Assembly (NCBI GenBank): GCA_963667035.1
Contig: OY762964.1
Coordinates: 1,088,001 to 1,152,000, forward strand
Length of the DNA stretch: 64,000 nt
Reading direction: 5' to 3'
Origin: Candidatus Cloacimonadales bacterium
Lineage (GTDB): Bacteria > Cloacimonadota > Cloacimonadia > Cloacimonadales > JAFGVF01
In this document: positions 61,666 to 64,000 of the stretch, in pieces
Layout: each line of letters opens with the position of its first letter
How positions within the stretch are numbered: position 1 is the stretch's first letter
Notes under the pieces: model-generated
The model's input: only the letters and a program-made list of their open reading frames with translations
Told to the model about the DNA's origin: nothing
Databases searched by the model: none
Made by a program: the position numbers and the translations under genes

Positions 61666-63969
61666 ATGAAAATAATAGTTAAAAGATTACCACTTCTCGT
61701 TAGATTACTTCTAATATCAGGAGTGGTAATCATTTTTATGTTTCTGATAATACCGGTTCCTAAACCGGATAATATTCCTTCGAGTACTGTAGTACTAGAT
61801 AGAAATGGTAATATCCTCAGAGTCTTTCTAAATGAGGATGAACAATTTCTTTATCCAATGGATGTTGTGCAGGAAGTACCTATAAAGATTGTAGCTGCTA
61901 TTACTATGTTTGAAGATAAGCATTTCTTTGATCATCCAGGAGTGAATCCCATTGCATTGTTAAGAGCTATGAAACTTAACATAAAATACGGGAGTATAAT
62001 AAGTGGCGGTTCTACAATAACCATGCAAGCAGTTGGTTTGCATAGAAGAAGAAGTAGAACATATTTTAACAAGATTCTTGAAATACTTGAGGCTGTTAAA
62101 TGGGAAATCTTATATAGTAAAGATACAATTCTGAAATCATATTGTAACAATGCTCCTTATGGTAGTAATATTGTCGGAATCAGAACAGCCTCATATAAAT
62201 ATTATGGAAGGGATTTGCAGCAGTTGACTTGGGCTGAATCAGCTCTACTGGCAATCCTACCGAATAACCCCGGTGCACTTTATCCCGGATGTAATCCCGA
62301 GCCTTTAATGGAGAAACGTAATAATTTGCTAAGAAGACTTTGGGAAACGGGGCGGATGAATGAAGAAACATATAAAAACGCATTAAGAGAACCAATACCC
62401 AATGAAATAAAATCTTTCCCGTTTCATGCTCCTCATTTATCCGATGAGATAAATCTTAAATCGAAAGGTGAGACATGTCATACTACAATTGATTACAGTC
62501 TTCAAAATCAAGTTGAATTAATTGCTCATAGGATGAAGAATCGCTATAACAATCTTGGAATAAAGAACTTCAGTATTCTTGTTACGGAAAGAAAAAGCGG
62601 TAAGATTAGAGCTTATCTCGGATCACAAGATTTCAGGGATAGCAAGACAAACGGACAAGTGAATGGTGTTACAGCTAATCGTTCAACAGGCTCAATTCTG
62701 AAACCGTTTCTTTATGCAGCATCAATTGACGAGGGATTGATATTACCCCAAACTCTGCTAACCGACACAAAATTACATTACATGCTTTTTGCTCCCGAGA
62801 ATTATGATACCCAATATCGAGGTATTGTTACTGCAAAGAATGCTTTAAGGAAATCATTGAACATACCGGCAGTTCGTTTACTGGAACAATATGGCGTGTT
62901 CCAATTTTACAATCTTTTAAAAGATGCAGGATTACCAACTCTTTTCAGGAGCTATGACGAGTATGGATTAAGTTTAATCATAGGTGGGGCAGAGGCATCA
63001 TTAATTGATGTTACCAATCTTTATCTACAATTAGCTAACACTGAAAGTATTCCTAAAGCTCATTATGTTATTGGTAAAGATCGTGAGTTTGCTAGAGATA
63101 TATCAATATCTAAGGGAGCTAAATGGCTTACTCTGGAAATGCTCAAAAACAATAACTTTACACCACTTGAAGTGTCCGGTAAGAAACCGATTGCTGTAAA
63201 AACAGGTACTTCATTCGGAAACAGAGATGCTTGGGCTACAGGCGTGACAACAGATTGGGTAATTTCGGTTTGGGCAGGAAACTTTACCGGTGAGTCTAAT
63301 CCCGAGATTCTAAGTTTTACTGCAGCTGTTCCACTATTAAAATCTGTTTATAGAATCCTCCCTGATATTGATAATGTTAATTGGTTCTATATGCCGGAAG
63401 CTTCCATGAGAAAACAAGAGATTTGTGAAGAAACAGGTTACTATCCTGGTCCTAATTGTGAGCATACAATTGAAATTTTAATCCCTGATGAAGCAAAGCC
63501 AATGCAGTCGTGTCCATATCACAAGAAGTTAAGCGTTGATATTGAGTCTGGTTACTCAGTATGCTCTCATTGTTGGAATGGTAAGAATGTTAAGCAAGAT
63601 TATTATCTTGAGTTTCCTCCCTCTGTCACAGCTATTTTGAAAACGCGAAACTCTGGACTTAAGCTTGCTCCTTCTCATAATCCTGATTGTCCTGTTTCAA
63701 TCGGTTATACTAAACCCGAGATACTCTATCCTGTAAACAATTCAAAAGTCTTGCTTCCTAGCGATTTTGGTGATAAGAAACAGAAAGTTGTTTTAAAGGC
63801 AAGTCATTCCAATCTTGATATAAAACTATTCTGGTATTTGGATAATGAACCTATAGGAGAGACTGTATCTAAACACACACTCTCAATTACTCCAGAGCAA
63901 GGGAAGCATACCTTAAAAGTAGTTGATAACAATGGTAGCAGTAGTTCGGTTAGTTTCTCTATTCAATAA
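61666..63969 (+). CDS. pbpC: Penicillin-binding protein 1C
   Basis: EDKHF, SGGSTITMQ, GSILKPF, SLN and KTGTSFG.RDAW motifs; PBP1C C-terminal domain. Confidence 0.93.
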   Translation: MKIIVKRLPLLVRLLLISGVVIIFMFLIIPVPKPDNIPSSTVVLDRNGNILRVFLNEDEQFLYPMDVVQEVPIKIVAAITMFEDKHFFDHPGVNPIALLRAMKLNIKYGSIISGGSTITMQAVGLHRRRSRTYFNKILEILEAVKWEILYSKDTILKSYCNNAPYGSNIVGIRTASYKYYGRDLQQLTWAESALLAILPNNPGALYPGCNPEPLMEKRNNLLRRLWETGRMNEETYKNALREPIPNEIKSFPFHAPHLSDEINLKSKGETCHTTIDYSLQNQVELIAHRMKNRYNNLGIKNFSILVTERKSGKIRAYLGSQDFRDSKTNGQVNGVTANRSTGSILKPFLYAASIDEGLILPQTLLTDTKLHYMLFAPENYDTQYRGIVTAKNALRKSLNIPAVRLLEQYGVFQFYNLLKDAGLPTLFRSYDEYGLSLIIGGAEASLIDVTNLYLQLANTESIPKAHYVIGKDREFARDISISKGAKWLTLEMLKNNNFTPLEVSGKKPIAVKTGTSFGNRDAWATGVTTDWVISVWAGNFTGESNPEILSFTAAVPLLKSVYRILPDIDNVNWFYMPEASMRKQEICEETGYYPGPNCEHTIEILIPDEAKPMQSCPYHKKLSVDIESGYSVCSHCWNGKNVKQDYYLEFPPSVTAILKTRNSGLKLAPSHNPDCPVSIGYTKPEILYPVNNSKVLLPSDFGDKKQKVVLKASHSNLDIKLFWYLDNEPIGETVSKHTLSITPEQGKHTLKVVDNNGSSSSVSFSIQ

Positions 63970-64000
63970 TACAGAGAAGCAACCCTTTTCTTACTTCTAC

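Noticed and set aside
9876..62395. Numerous 60-120 aa ORFs antisense to or nested in long genes
   Set aside because: Shadow ORFs of well-supported genes with no recognisable motifs.
56272..63969. Alpha-2-macroglobulin-pbpC pair as a novel system
   Set aside because: A well-known conserved gene pair with an intact CxEQ motif.

Overview
AT-rich bacterial chromosomal window, probably from an anaerobic diderm. Cloacimonadota-like is an inference from four exported proteins with C-terminal FlgD-Ig/T9SS-A-like tails plus fhs and methylmalonyl-CoA mutase. Layout: (1) 1-7.3 kb is accessory, with a transposase 5' end, two tandem paralogous beta-propeller exoproteins, IS3-family debris, REP-like repeats and an AT-rich orphan membrane protein. 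(2) 7.5-18.8 kb is a seven-gene anaerobic purine-catabolism-type operon (xdhA, xdhB, PreT-PreA-like fusion, ssnA, ygeY, ThrC-like PLP enzyme, hydantoinase-like). (3) 19-52 kb is mostly housekeeping (receiver/PEP-synthase-like, serC, M18 peptidase, photolyase, PPIase, mutS, U32, rho, ppx, birA, queA, coaBC, M14 peptidase, mutAB, fhs). (4) 52-64 kb holds a DUF6765-like gene, another IS3 remnant, an Omp28-like exoprotein, alpha-2-macroglobulin and pbpC. Two signals the ORF track misses stand out. First, a secreted selenoprotein candidate at 54257-56125: signal peptide, in-frame UGA in a W-U-G-Y-C-P redox motif, and a SECIS-like GCAGGUCUGC hairpin. Second, a family of four colinear ~105-bp intergenic elements made of CACTG/CAGTG boxes phased at 11 bp around a central dyad, two of which carry the same IS3-family left end immediately downstream. 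All assignments come from reading motifs by eye; no searches were run.
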